A stretch of DNA of 60,423 bases, the filler included, from Nemertoderma westbladi (Eukaryota; Animalia; Xenacoelomorpha), in assembly GCA_032718475.1 (NCBI GenBank). It is 2 parts of 2 records of this genome, joined end to end, with 100 filler letters (N's around TTAATTAATTAA, not from the genome) between each part and the next. Parts side by side here need not be neighbours in the genome. Positions count along the whole stretch, not along the records: positions 1 to 30,885 come from JAUCBJ010002388.1; positions 30,986 to 60,423 come from JAUCBJ010006211.1. The stretch is one strand, 5' to 3'. Below, piece by piece: positions 24,912 to 37,919 of the stretch; within the stretch, counting starts at the first letter, position 1; the number at the start of each line of letters is the position of its first letter. The translations under genes and the position numbers were made by a program. The notes under the pieces are model-generated. The model was not told the DNA's origin. It did not search any database and saw nothing but the letters and a program-made list of their open reading frames with translations.

Positions 24912-26979
24912 TTCACAAAATTTCTTAGAATTGAACCTCTGACTTGGGGTAATGCATACATGACAGATTTAATTAGGGTTTGAGCCTGACCATGACCTAC
25001 TATTATACAGTTTTAGGTCATGGACTGACCAAAAATATATATTTTGCTGGTAGAAAATATAAACAAAAGGTGCTTGGTTGAATTTCCTCGACATTTTTGG
25101 AGCCACTACGGTTGTTACCATCATCCCCCATCTTCAACTGCATTATGATGAATATATAGGTAGAGAGGTACGAGGTATATTCTATTGACTGGAAATATTT
25201 TTTTTGTGAATTTGACAAGTACAAGACCTGTAGGCCTACAATTTTTGAGAATTTATTGTGTCTGAAAATGTCTATATACTGTAGTCACTGTGCATAAAAG
25301 TATCAGACAACTTTTTGAAATGTGTAATACCATTTACAGTATACCATCTAAAAAATTCATTTAATTGCAGCGCCACCTAGCGACGCAGAAAGTTTTTTAA
25401 TAAAATTCCTCAACTAGAAAGGTTGACCGTGGTAGGTGGCGCCCTTTCTATATCACAGAGCCATTAGGGTTTCAGGTGGCAAACATATTTATTTATATGT
25501 TAAACCAATATCAACTAATATTAAATAGAGAAACATAAAAACCAGTCCTTATCAGGACTAATTAGGGGCCTACTTCATGCGATACATAACAATTGTCAAG
25601 TAATCCTGAAACTTAAAAATATATAGGGGAGAGCAGGGAGGGTTGAACCATAAGGAGGGGTGAGTCAGTGCAATTTAGGGGGGGCCTTTACCTTTTTTAG
25701 TATAAAAAATGCAAAAACATTATGTTTTTAGTCGATTTTTGTGCAGAATTTAATGGTGAATCCGAATATGTAAGTTATGACTTCTCAACATGTTTAGTTT
25801 TGGAGACGATTTCACCTTGGAATGTTTCTATAAAATAATAACCGCATCATCCGTTGCCACTTCTCATGTTCTGGAGGACTGGCTAAGAAGATTCCTAAGG
25901 TGGTTCTGATTGTGTGCTACTCTCCAACTAGTGTTGTCCCTGTAGAGGAGGTGGAACATTTTTTACCAGAATCTACAAGCAGCTACTGATGGAGTGGATC
26001 AGCATGCATTCTTAACATTCCTGGGAGACTTACCTACATCGCCCTGGGTCTATAGCAATAGTGTTAACCGAAATTCCGTCCATCTTCAGGAATTTTCTCT
26101 GGAAATGGATTATTTTCAGAGAGAAACCCAGTTCAAGAAACGAACTGGAAAGCTATGGACTCATAGTGGACCCAGTGGTCACAAGTCCCAGATAGACCAT
26201 ATTCTGTTTCGTACGAAATACAGGAGCTTTATACAAGACTGTAATGCATTTACACTTCGACCCTTCTCCAGTGATCACCGCCTTATTGTGGCCAAGGTAA
26301 GACTTGGTCTGCGTCCTAGCAGAACAACGAAATCTGCCTTGCAGCGACATGACTGGTCCTCTCTGTTGTAACAGCCAAGTGTGAGATCCAGCTTCACACT
26401 ACAGCTGAGCAACATATATGAGGCTCTTGCCTCTGGGGCGGCAGATCACTGCGAGGGCTATACTGCAAGTTAGCAGCTGCAGAAACAGTTCTTGTATACC
26501 CTTGAAACAGGAAAAGGGCCCCCTGGACTGACCAAAAAATTCAGAAGTGAAGTGTAGTGAAGAAATCAGAAGTATAAGGCGCAGAAAGAGTCCCGACTCA
26601 AACAGACTAAAGCAGCCAAGAATGCAGTTAAGGCTGCATCTATGTCCCTGAACAGGCAGTACTCTGTTAATTTACAGGAGCTAATAAACCAACAGGTTGA
26701 TGCCATCAATGATGCTGACGACAGCAGGCAATCAGCCCAGGCATGGAAATCGATCAACTTGCTTACTGGGCGGAAAAGCCAACCAACCACCAAGGTTAAG
26801 GCAGAATCACCAGCCGATCGCCTCAATGGTTGGAAGGCCCACTTAGAAAAGCTCCTCAATAATGACAGGGTATTGCCTGATAACTTTATAGAAGTAAAAG
26901 TGTCTGAGTCTGTACTCCAAGATATTCCCATTGGCGATATCTCCGTTGCAGAAATGAAGGCTGCTGCAAAGAGCATTAA

Positions 26980-28750
26980 CCCTTTCCGGTCGGGGGACTA
27001 GATCTAGTCCACCTGGTAGTGTCCTAGGGCCTAGATCTAGTCCATTGTATCTTACTGAGTATTGCGGCTAACAGATTGCACTAGGACAGTAGTAGGGGCA
27101 TACTATAGGTTTGCCGCACTGTTCTTGGTCATATCCAATTGCAGCCTACCAAGATTGGCGGGATTTTCAAACCAGAAACAGTGTTATGGTTTATTTTAAT
27201 TGCTTACTGTACACTACCGGTTGCCGGTCCACCAGTTGTACATAAATTTATTAGGTACAGGTAGAAACTAATAAATAGGGGCATTTTTATGGGGGAATGG
27301 CATCGAAATACCCCCTAAGACTACGGACCCAGAGGAGGAGATATGGATATGATCCAGATGATGAATCCGATTCATATGAGTGCAGTGAAACTTCGACTTT
27401 GGATGATGAGGATGGCTGGGAAACCGATAATGACTCAGACTCAGAAGACGAAGGATTTGAAGAATTCCTGTCAGTACTGCAGAATACGTGGGCCTTTGTT
27501 GGAGAAGAGAACCACTTGTGGGTTCCAGTTCGCGATTTTAAAACCTCGGAAACTGGTTGGAAAGGTATAGATACAACGGAATTTTAGGTAAAGGATTATG
27601 TCGATTTATTTATCACTAATAAACTAGTGGATATAATTGTATCCAGTACAAATCAACGAATAAACCTTATATATCTTCATGCAGCGCTGTACGTAAATCC
27701 TATTCATGGTTTGTCAAACTAGGCATTCACTACATACAGCGTCTGGTCCTAAACAGTTTTAAAAGATATCGTGGTGATAAAAAACCACACGGTGGTAAAG
27801 ATGGTAAACCAAAACGGATGACGTTTTATGAATATAATCTAGACGTCGTTTACCACCTTTCCCAGGTACAGACGAGCCCACATAAACCAATACGTCAGCC
27901 AGTACCTCCCACCCCATCAACGACTCCAATACACAAACTCGTAAAACAAGAACAAATTGGGAAAACCCAATGGCCACAGAAACGTTGTCGTGTCTGTAGT
28001 ACAGTAGCAAAGATAATATAGTAAAAAAATCTCGGTATATCTGCCCGGTGTGCCCCGACAAACCTGGACTTTGCCCTACATGTTTTAGTGAATATCCTCC
28101 TTATTTGTAAAATGTTGTGATTTTATTTCAGTACGGTATATTTTTATATTTTTTGCGATTTTATACTGCATAGTATACTGTGTTATAAATTAATAAATGC
28201 TTTGTTTGAAAAAACATATTCAGCTTGGAATTAGAAACCTTGAAACTGATAAGTAGAAACTCAGACACTCAAAAGTAGAATCTCCGACACTCAAAGTAGA
28301 ATTTCGGACATTCAAAGTAGAATCTCGGACACTCAAAGTAGAATCTCGGACACTCAAAGTAGAATCTCGGACACTCAAAGTAAAATTTCGGACATGCAGA
28401 AGTATAATTTCGGACACTCGAAAGTAGAATTTCGGACATTCAAAGTAGAATCTCGGACACACAAAGTAGAATCTCGGACACTCAAAGTAAAATTTCGGAC
28501 ATGCAGAAGTAGAATTTCGGACACTCAAAAGTAGAATTTCGGACATTCAGAAGTAGAATCTCGTACTCTCAGAGTAGAATCTCGGACTCTCAAAGTAGAA
28601 TTTCAGATGATCAGAGTCTATTTCGGATGCTCAAAAAGTATATGGGACACACTGAGTGTCGAAAATATACTCTGAAAATGATGTTTATTTTATAACTTTT
28701 ATTGCCGCTCACTACTACATGGACTAGATCTAGTCCCCAGACCGGAAAGG
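26980..28750 (+). mobile_element. Internally deleted piggyBac transposon
   Basis: TTAA|CCCTTTCCGGTCGGGGGACTAGATCTAGTCCA left TIR with matching right TIR (right TTAA lost). Acidic N-terminus, LFITNKLVDIIVSSTN start of the DDE domain, and C-terminal CRVC...CPVC....LCPTCF cysteine-rich domain; catalytic core missing. Confidence 0.85.
28245..28640. repeat. 21-bp tandem repeat (AAAGTAGAATCTCGGACACTC) in piggyBac subterminal region
   Basis: About 18 degenerate copies. Confidence 0.9.
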
Positions 28751-30885
28751 AAAGGGTGGCAGTGGAGTAGATAGTGTTCCCCCTGAGGTCTTTAAAATAC
28801 TTGAGTGTTTAAAGCTCATCTATCCCATCATAGTAGACATGTACAGAACAACAAGAGTCCCACAAGAAATGAAAACAAATAAGTTGGTGCCAGTTCCCAA
28901 GAAGGGCAACCTAACACTCTATGGTTCTTTTCGGGGAATCTCATTGATCTCGATTGCTGCAAAGCTATACAATAGAATTCTATAAAATTGCATCAGGGAT
29001 CCCATTGAGAGACTGCTCCGTGGAAATCAGAATGGGTTCTGTAAAGGTCGTGGGACCATGGAGCCCATTTTGGCACTTAGAAGGATAATTGAAGAGTTAT
29101 CAAAAAAGAAAGACAGGCATCTGGCTGTTATCTTTGTTGACTTCTTCAAGGCCTTTGATTCAGTCTCTCGCTCACGTATGTTCAGCATACTTTCATTATA
29201 TGGGATTCCTGATGAAATTATTGCAGCAATCAGATCAGTATACGATGGTTCGACGACTATTTGTGTCTACTGTTGATGGTGACACAGAACCATTTGAAGT
29301 GTTATGGGAGTCCTCCAAGGAGACACACTTGCGCCATTCTTGTTCATAATTGTGGTTGACTATGTTCTACGCATGTCCTTAGATCATCATAATGATGATG
29401 GGGTGAATGGTAACTCCACCTACTGGCTCCAGAAGTTCGAGGAAATCCTGCCAAGTACCTAACTGATCTAGACTTTGCTGATGACTTAGGAGTACTCTCA
29501 GAATCACTAGAGGGAGCCCAACGGCTCCTCCAGCTCATTAGAACAGCTTCTAATGTTGGTCTTTTTATTAACTCCAAAAAGACCACAATTTTGACAATTA
29601 ACTTTGAAAGTTATTAGCAAGTCTCTGACCGGATGAGCATAAGCTCAAAGGACGGTATGCTTGAGCATGTGGACCACTTCTGTTACCTGGGATCATGGAT
29701 CCGGAAGTCAGGTGAGGACCTTCGAATACGTAAGGGAAGGGCATGGGCAGCCTTGAATGGGCTTTCCAGGATTTGGAAGTCACAGAGAATTAATCGGAAA
29801 CTTAAGGTCCGATTATTTAGAGCACCAGTGGTTCCAGTACTCCTCTATGGGAGTCCATGCTGGGCTCTAACTGCCGAGGACTCCAAATCTCTGGATGGCA
29901 CATTCGCAAGAATGCTACGCCGGGTTAATTGTGTCAAGTACAATGCACACATCTGCAACCAGACACTATAAAACATTGGAGATGTCTCATTGGTTCCCCC
30001 AAGCTTGACACTAGAACAAAGTCGCCTCCGCTTTGCAGGATATTGCTTTCGCCGTGAGGACCAGCCAGTGCATAATCGTGTGCTTTGGTAGCCTCATGGA
30101 GTGAGTAAGTATGGTGGACAGCCTATGACTCTTTTGAGGCGTATTCTTTTTTTTTTTAAGGACACTGGCCTTGAAGATGCGGATGATCTATGAAATGTCA
30201 TGGGTGATAGTGAGTTGTGGCGGCGCAATTTTGTAGACAAGCCAGCACAGCATTCTTAAAAATGCAGCTGCAATGCAACATGCCGATCACAGTAGTAGTA
30301 GTAGTAGACTAGGAATAAATGAATAGAATAAGTAGAATTGTAAGTCTAGTAGAGCAACGTAAATCGTAACATCATAGACGTTACCAAGTTACTTAACGGC
30401 TAGAGAGAAAAATAACCTCCCCTTAGTGGGAGTAAATTATCCCATCCCCTAAATCGTAATTTGTTAATTTACGGCCACATACTGTCACACTCTTATTGTC
30501 TTACGAGTTCGGTTAACGGTTAGAACTTGGGGCTTACAAACAATGCAAATATAGTTCTTACATTATTATGTAGAACATGATTTTGAAACAACATGACATG
30601 TCATTTTTTTAAACAACACAATAATATAATATCCATTTTCTATATATTTTATATAATCCATTTTTCGATAGCAGTGAAGTAAAGCTGATTTTTTCATCGT
30701 GATTTTAAATCAACACAATCATCCAAAATGGAGGCGAGTTCTTTCATAACAACACAATTGCTATGACAACCACTTCAGCAAAATTCAAGGACAATCAAGA
30801 AGGCATTTAGCCCCTTTAGTGGAATGTAGGTAGGTAAAGGCAGTCGTGGGTAGCTCATTTCCTAATGAATGGCCGATTGTGCAGG

Positions 30886-30985
30886 NNNNNNNNNNNNNNN
30901 NNNNNNNNNNNNNNNNNNNNNNNNNNNNNTTAATTAATTAANNNNNNNNNNNNNNNNNNNNNNNNNNNNNNNNNNNNNNNNNNNN
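30886..30985. other. Artificial scaffold/concatenation linker
   Basis: 44 N + TTAATTAATTAA (stops in all six frames) + 44 N = exactly 100 bp. Confidence 0.95.
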
Positions 30986-32298
30986 TCCGTCCGCTACCGC
31001 CATTATATTTTACCTGTTGTGTCATACTATACTATATCAACTGTCAGACTATTATACCTATATACATATTACCCAACATCAGAACTCTTTTACCTTTCAC
31101 ACATGGCGGGGACGCGTGGATAGAAAACCCAACGGATAAACCGGGATCCGTAGATCCCGTCACAATGGCATCGATTGAGTAGCAGTAAGGCCACCGTGCA
31201 ATATAACCAATAACCTATTACTCAGTGATTCAGTTATCTCAGTGCAGCAGTGCTAGCGTAGGGTACAGCCAATTAGTTTAGTTAGGGGATCACAGGACTT
31301 TAGTTACCGTATCCCGCCTACCGTATAATTCACAATATATCTATATCCTATAACCTATTATTATACACCGAACTTCAGAACTCAGTTATCTTTATTTCAC
31401 TCTTATACACGGCGGGGACGCGTGGACTAAATACCACATCGGATAAATCGGGATCCCTCCTGGATCCCGTCACAGTAACTAAAGCGAGCTGCCGCCCTAG
31501 TTAAACTCTAAGAACTGCAACCTAGCTAGCCGAATCATCAGCCACAAACGAGATGAGTGAATCGGGCGAGACACCAACGCGGACCCCGGGCGAAGATCAA
31601 ACGATCCGCGAGGCCGCGACCAAGCGATACAGGCCCACGACGCCGGAGCCATCGATAACGGGCGAACCGGAAATTGAGGATGAGGGGGGCCTGGAACCCG
31701 AAGTCGAGCCAAGAGAGAGAGAGAGCGAGACGGAGGGAGAGGGAGATGAGTCGACACGGGACGGAGAACGGCGCGCCGATGTCGCCGGCCAGCTACCGGC
31801 CGAGGGCGACGAGCGGCCCACCGAAACGGCGACGGTGGGGCCGACGGTGCGACGCCGGACACGAAGAGACGGAGGAGAGATCGGTACCGATGTCGCCGGC
31901 CAGCTACAGGCCGAGGGCGACGGACGGCCCACCGGAACGGCGACGGTGGAGCCGCCGGTACGACGTCGAACCCGGAGGGACGGAGGAGAGGTCGGCGACG
32001 AGGACGTCGGGGTTTCTGAGCGACTTCGACGGGCCTACAACGCGACCCGGAAGCTGATAAACGATGCCATTCCCCCCTCTGATTGGTTAATACCCTTGTT
32101 GGCGCCCCGTGGAGTATTCCCGTTCACTCCACCTGTTCTCCTTGGGTTAGGGGTTTGGCCCCTGACCCTCTATTGTGTGCTTCCTTCCCACTCTCATTGG
32201 GATGGCACGAGTTGGTTAATTGCCCAATCTCGTGGCTCCCAATGTTGCTTATCGGCTAATAACTTTATGGGGTGTTGGCGGGATTGAATAAGCTAACA
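30986..32298 (+). mobile_element. Rearranged fragments of sister subfamilies of BEL/Pao element 2 (two LTR 3' halves, leader, start of ORF, inverted LTR 5' half)
   Basis: GGCGGGGACGCGT...GATCCCGTCACA ends at 31164 and 31474 match the element 2 LTR. ORF 31553 (MSESGETPTRTPGEDQTIREAATKRYRPTTP) is homologous to 53793-52622. 32062-32298 matches the other LTR half in opposite orientation. Confidence 0.85.
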
Positions 32299-32340
32299 AT
32301 TTATTTTACAATTTTCCTTGAGGCCAATTTAATGTTTGGT

Positions 32341-35300
32341 GGGTAAGTCTTATTGGGGGGCAATAGTCCGGGGGGTAAGTGTTATTGGGGGGCAATAGTC
32401 CGGGGGGTAAGTGTTATTGGGGGGCAATAGTCCGGGGAGTAAGTGTTATTGGGGGGCAATAGTCCGGGGGGTAAGTGTTATTGGGGGGCAATAGTCCGAG
32501 GGGTAAGTGTTATTGGGGGGCAATAGTCCGGGGGGTAAGTGTTATTGGGGGGCAATAGTCCGGGGGGTAAGTGTTATTGGGGGGCAATAGTCCGGGGGGT
32601 AAGTGTTATTGGGGGGCAATAGTCCGGGGGGTAAGTGTTATTGGGGGGCAATAGTCTGGTGGGTAAGTGTTATTGGGGGGCAATAGTCCGTGGGGTAAGT
32701 GTTATTGGGGGGCAATAGTCCGGGGGGTAAGTGTTATTGGGGGGCAATAGTCCGGGGGGTAAGTGTTATTGGGGGGCAATAGTCCGAGGGGTAAGTGTTA
32801 TTGGGGGGCAATAGTCCGGGGGGTAAGTGTTATTGGGGGGCAATAGTCCGGGGGGTAAGTGTTATTGGGGGGCAATAGTCCGGGGGGTAAGTGTTATTGG
32901 GGGGCAATAGTCCGGGGGGTAAGTGTTATTGGGGGGCAATAGTCTGGTGGGTAAGTGTTATTGGGGGGTAATAGTCCGGTGGGTAAGTCTTATTGGGGGG
33001 CAATAGTCCGGGGGGTAAGTGTTATTGGGGGGCAATAGTCTGGTGGGTAAGTGTTATTGGGGGGCAATAGTCCGGGGGGTAAGTGTTATTGGGGGGCAAT
33101 AGTCTGGTGGGAAAGTGTTATTGGGGGGCAATAGTCCGGGGGGTAAGTGTTATTGGGGGGCAATAGTCTGGTGGGTAAGTGTTATTGGGGGGCAATAGTC
33201 TGGTGGGTAAGTGTTATTGGGGGGCAATAGTCCGGGGGGTGTGTTATTGGGGGGCAATAGTCCGGGGGGTAAGTGTTATTGGGGGGCAATAGTCCGGTGG
33301 ATAAGTGTTATTGGGGGCAATAGTCCGGGGGGTAAGTGTTATTGGGGGGCAATAGTCCGGGGGGTAAGTGTTATTGGGGGCAATAGTCCGGGGGGTAAGT
33401 GTTATTGGGGGCAATAGTCCGGGGGGTAAGTGTTATTGGGGGCAATAGTCCGGGGGGTAAGTGTTATTGGGGGGCAATAGTCCGAGGGGTAAGTGTTATT
33501 GGGGGGCAATTGTCCGGGGGGTAAGTGTTATTGGGGGCAATAGTCCGGGGGGTAAGTGTTATTGGGGGCAATAGTCCGGGGGATAAGTGTTATTGGGGGC
33601 AATAGTCCGGGGGGTAAGTGTTATTGGGGGGCAATAGTCCGGGGAGTAAGTGTTATTGGGGGGCAATAGTCCGGGGGGTAAGTGTTATTGGGGGGCAATA
33701 GTCCGAGGGGTAAGTGTTATTGGGGGGCAATTGTCCGGGGGGTAAGTGTTATTAGGGGGCAATAGTCCAGGGGGTAAGTCTTATTGGGGGGCAATAGTCC
33801 GGGGGGTAAGTGTTATTGGGGGGCAATAGTCTGGTGGGTAAGTGTTATTGGGGGGCAATAGTCTGGTGGGTAAGTATTATTGGGGGGCAATAGTCCGGGG
33901 GGTAAGTGTTATTGGGGGGCAATAGTCCGGGGGGTAAGTATTATTGGGGGGCAATAGTCCAGTGGATAAGTGTTATTGGGGGGCAATAGTCCGGGGGATA
34001 AGTGTTATTGGGGGGCAATAGTCCGGGGATAAGTGTTATTGGGGGGCAATAGTCCGGGGGGTAAGTGTTATTGGGGGGCAATAGTCCGGGGGGTAAGTGT
34101 TATTGGGGGGCAATAGTCCGGGGGGTAAGTGTTATTGGGGGGCAATAGTCTGGTGGGTAAGTGTTATTGGGGGGCAATAGTCCGGTGGGTAAGTCTTATT
34201 GGGGGGCAATAGTCCGGGGGGTAAGTGTTATTGGGGGGCAATAGTCTGGTGGGTAAGTGTTATTGGGGGGCAATAGTCCGGGGGGTAAGTGTTATTGGGG
34301 GGCAATAGTCTGGTGGGAAAGTGTTATTGGGGGGCAATAGTCCGGGGGGTAAGTGTTATTGGGGGGCAATAGTCTGGTGGGTAAGTGTTATTGGGGGGCA
34401 ATAGTCTGGTGGGTAAGTGTTATTGGGGGGCAATAGTCCGGGGGGTGTGTTATTGGGGGGCAATAGTCCGGGGGGTAAGTGTTATTGGGGGGCAATAGTC
34501 CGGTGGATAAGTGTTATTGGGGGCAATAGTCCGGGGGGTAAGTGTTATTGGGGGGCAATAGTCCGGGGGGTAAGTGTTATTGGGGGCAATAGTCCGGGGG
34601 GTAAGTGTTATTGGGGGCAATAGTCCGGGGGGTAAGTGTTATTGGGGGGCAATAGTCCGGGGGGTAAGTGTTATTGGGGGGCAATAGTCCGAGGGGTAAG
34701 TGTTATTGGGGGGCAATTGTCCGGGGGGTAAGTGTTATTGGGGGCAATAGTCCGGGGGGTAAGTGTTATTGGGGGCAATAGTCCGGGGGATAAGTGTTAT
34801 TGGGGGCAATAGTCCGGGGGGTAAGTGTTACTGGGGGCAATAGTCCGGGGGGTAAGTGTTATTGGGGGGCAATAGTCCGGGGGGTAAGTGTTATTGGGGG
34901 GCAATAGTCCGAGGGGTAAGTGTTATTGGGGGGCAATTGTCCGGGGGGTAAGTGTTATTAGGGGGCAATAGTCCAGGGGGTAAGTCTTATTGGGGGGCAA
35001 TAGTCCGGGGGGTAAGTGTTATTGGGGGGCAATAGTCTGGTGGGTAAGTGTTATTGGGGGGCAATAGTCTGGTGGGTAAGTATTATTGGGGGGCAATAGT
35101 CCGGGGGGTAAGTGTTATTGGGGGGCAATAGTCCGGGGGGTAAGTATTATTGGGGGGCAATAGTCCAGTGGATAAGTGTTATTGGGGGGCAATAGTCCGG
35201 GGGATAAGTGTTATTGGGGGGCAATAGTCCGGGGATAAGTGTTATTGGGGGGCAATAGTCCGGGGGGTAAGTGTTATTGGGGGGCAATAGTCCGGGGGGT

Positions 35301-36510
35301 AAGTGTTATTGGGGGGCAATAGTCCGAGGGGTAAGTGTTATTGGGGGGCAATTGTCCGGGGGGTAAGTGTTATTAGGGGGCAATAGTCCAGGGGGTAAGT
35401 GTTATTGGGGGGCAATAGTCCGGGGGGTAAGTGTTATTGGGGGGCAATAGTCCGGGGGGTAAGTGTTATTGGGGGCAATAGTCCGGGGGGTAAGTGTTAT
35501 TTGGGGGCAATAGTCCGGGGGGTAAGTGTTATTGGGGGGCAATAGTCCGGGGGGTAAGTGTTATTGGGGGCAATAGTCCGGGGGGTAAGTGTTATTGGGG
35601 GGCAATAGTCCGGGGGGTAAGTGTTATTGGGGGGCAATAGTCCGGGGGGTAAGTGTTATTGGGGGGCAATAGTCCGAGGGGTAAGTGTTATTGGGGGGCA
35701 ATTCTCCGGGGGGTAAGTGTTATTGGGGGCAATAGTCCGGGGGGTAAGTGTTATTGGGGGGCAATAGTCCGGGGGGTAAGTGTTATTGGGGGGCAATAGT
35801 CCGAGGGGTAAGTGTTATTGGGGGGCAATTGTCCGGGGGGTAAGTGTTATTAGGGGGCAATAATCCAGGGGGTAAGTGTTATTGGGGGGCAATAGTCCGG
35901 GGGGTAAGTGTTATTGGGGGCAATAGTCCGGGGGGTAAGTGTTATTGGGGGCAATAGTCCGGGGGGTAAGTGTTATTGGGGGCCAATAGTCCGAGGGGTA
36001 AGTGTTATTGGGGGGCAATTGTCCGGGGGGTAAGTGTTATTAGGGGGCAATACTCCAGGGGGTAAGTGTTATTGGGGGGCAATAGTCCGGGGGGTAAGTG
36101 TTATTGGGGGGCAATAGTCCGGTAATAGTCCGGGGGGTAAGTGTTATTGGGGGCAATAGTCCGGGGGGTAAGTGTTATTGGGGGGCAATAGTCCGGGGGG
36201 TAAGTGTTATTGGGGGGCAATAGTCCGAGGGGTAAGTGTTATTGGGGGGCAATTGTCCGGGGGGTAAGTGTTATTGGGGGCAATAGTCCGGGGGGTAAGT
36301 GTTATTGGGGGGCAATAGTCCGGGGGGTAAGTGTTATTGGGGGGCAATAGTCCGAGGGGTAAGTGTTATTGGGGGGCAATTGTCCGGGGGGTAAGTGTTA
36401 TTAGGGGGCAATAGTCCAGGGGGTAAGTGTTATTGGGGGGCAAGAGTTCGGGGGGTAAGTGTTATTGGGGGACAATAGTCCGGGAGCAATTATCCGGGGG
36501 GCAATTGTCC
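32341..36510 (+). repeat. 32-bp G-rich satellite (TAAGTGTTATTGGGGGGCAATAGTCCGGGGGG), about 130 copies
   Basis: Tandem array; internal duplication with 1206-bp offset (identical ORFs at 33211 and 34417). Confidence 0.97.
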
Positions 36511-37019
36511 TGTCACGATGAAATACACAGATCAAGGTAAATCGTACAGTAAAATCTCTGACACCAACTGTTGTTGGGGTGTTGTGTTACAGAGAAGGCC
36601 GACATGTTGTAGTGGCCGATATATTTATGTTTGTATTTATCTCTACCGACGGTTTTCAATAGCAGCAATGAAATTAAAATTATTGATCGAAAAATCGATT
36701 TGTTTCATATAATAACGACTATCCTGAGTCGCATAGAGTAAATTCCAACAATCTATAAAATAATAATGACTGTACTTGGAATGATAATAAAACGGGGAAA
36801 TGGTAAGATATGTGAAATGTGAGGAAATGTGATGTGGGAGGCGACTTAATAAAACTAAACACGAATAGCGCGATGTACACTCACACCACATTGGGAACTA
36901 TTATTATTTAAATGTCCTGTAGTTTTTTGTCAGGAAGATATTGTGTGAATCTTTATAGTGGACTAACCAATGTAATATCCGTTCCAAACTCAATCCACAA
37001 CCACAACTAGATGAAACCA

Positions 37020-37547
37020 ACCAGTACTGGTACCAGTACCCTACCGGTACACGGAATACAACTATACGACAGTACTGTTATTGGTACCCTACTGGTACAC
37101 GGAATACAACTATACGACAGTACTGGTATTGGTACTCTACCAGTACACGGAATACAACTAACTATACGACTGTACTGGTATTGGTACCTTACCAGTACAC
37201 GGAATACAAACATACGACAGTACTGTTATTGGTACCCTACCGGTATACGGAATACAACTATACGACCATACTGGTATTGGTATTGGTACCCTACCAGTAC
37301 ACGGAATACAAACATACGACAGTACTGTTATTGGTACCCTACCGGTATACGGAATACAACTATACGACAGTACTGGTACCGGTACTCTACCAGTACACGG
37401 AATACAACTAACTATACGACTGTACTGGTATTGGTACCCTACCAGTACACGGAATACAAACATACGACAGTACTGTTATTGGTACCCTACCGGTATACGG
37501 AATACAACTATACGACCGTACTGGTATTGGTACCCTACCAGTACACA
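37020..37547. repeat. About 48-bp minisatellite (CAGTACACGGAATACAACTATACGACAGTACTGGTATTGGTACCCTAC)
   Basis: About 11 copies with recurring variants. Confidence 0.9.
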
Positions 37548-37919
37548 GGTCAGGTCAGGTATTCTAGGTCATTGATCAAGAAAACTTACCACCTCCATGC
37601 AGCATAAAGGAGGTGCCACCTGTAGCTGCATAGACCCTCTTACTAGGGCAAATCTGGTCCTGTAACTAGGACCCCCTTCGTTCTGGGATAAGGACGCCCT
37701 TGGTCCTGGATTAAGGACCCATATACTTGGCTGCAGGGGTATATGGCCTGACCAGGCAGATGGTGAGCTACCAATGGCTGGTCAGGAGTAGAGTGTTCTC
37801 ATGTCCACTCTGAGAGCACTTCACTGCGACCTGCACCTGGCAGCAAGGGTACAGGGCATGACCCAGCAGATGAGCTGCAACAGCCAATGGTGGGTCATGT
37901 GTGCCAGAGTAGATATGGT

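Larger units (their letters stand above)
25855..30308 (+). mobile_element. Degenerate RTE-type LINE (APE endonuclease plus RT), interrupted by piggyBac
   Basis: VCYSPT, SQIDHIL, SDHRL endonuclease motifs; PKKGNL..RGISL, FVDFFKAFDSV, LQGDTLAP, DFADDL, LLYGS.CW; (GTA)n tail near 30290-30308; many stops and frameshifts. Confidence 0.9.

Noticed and set aside
30930-30941. TTAATTAATTAA palindrome
   Set aside because: Artificial six-frame-stop linker; adjacency across it cannot be trusted, so nesting of the left genes in the GPCR intron is not claimed.
31165-31180. ATGGCATCG after an LTR end as a tRNA PBS
   Set aside because: It aligns with LTR-internal sequence (GCATCGACTGAGT) of element 2 and with the inversion junction, so it is better explained as LTR sequence.
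37548-37915. Possible minus-strand LINE 3' fragment with (CCTGA)n tail
   Set aside because: Only a weak LLGH-type motif; too degenerate to call.
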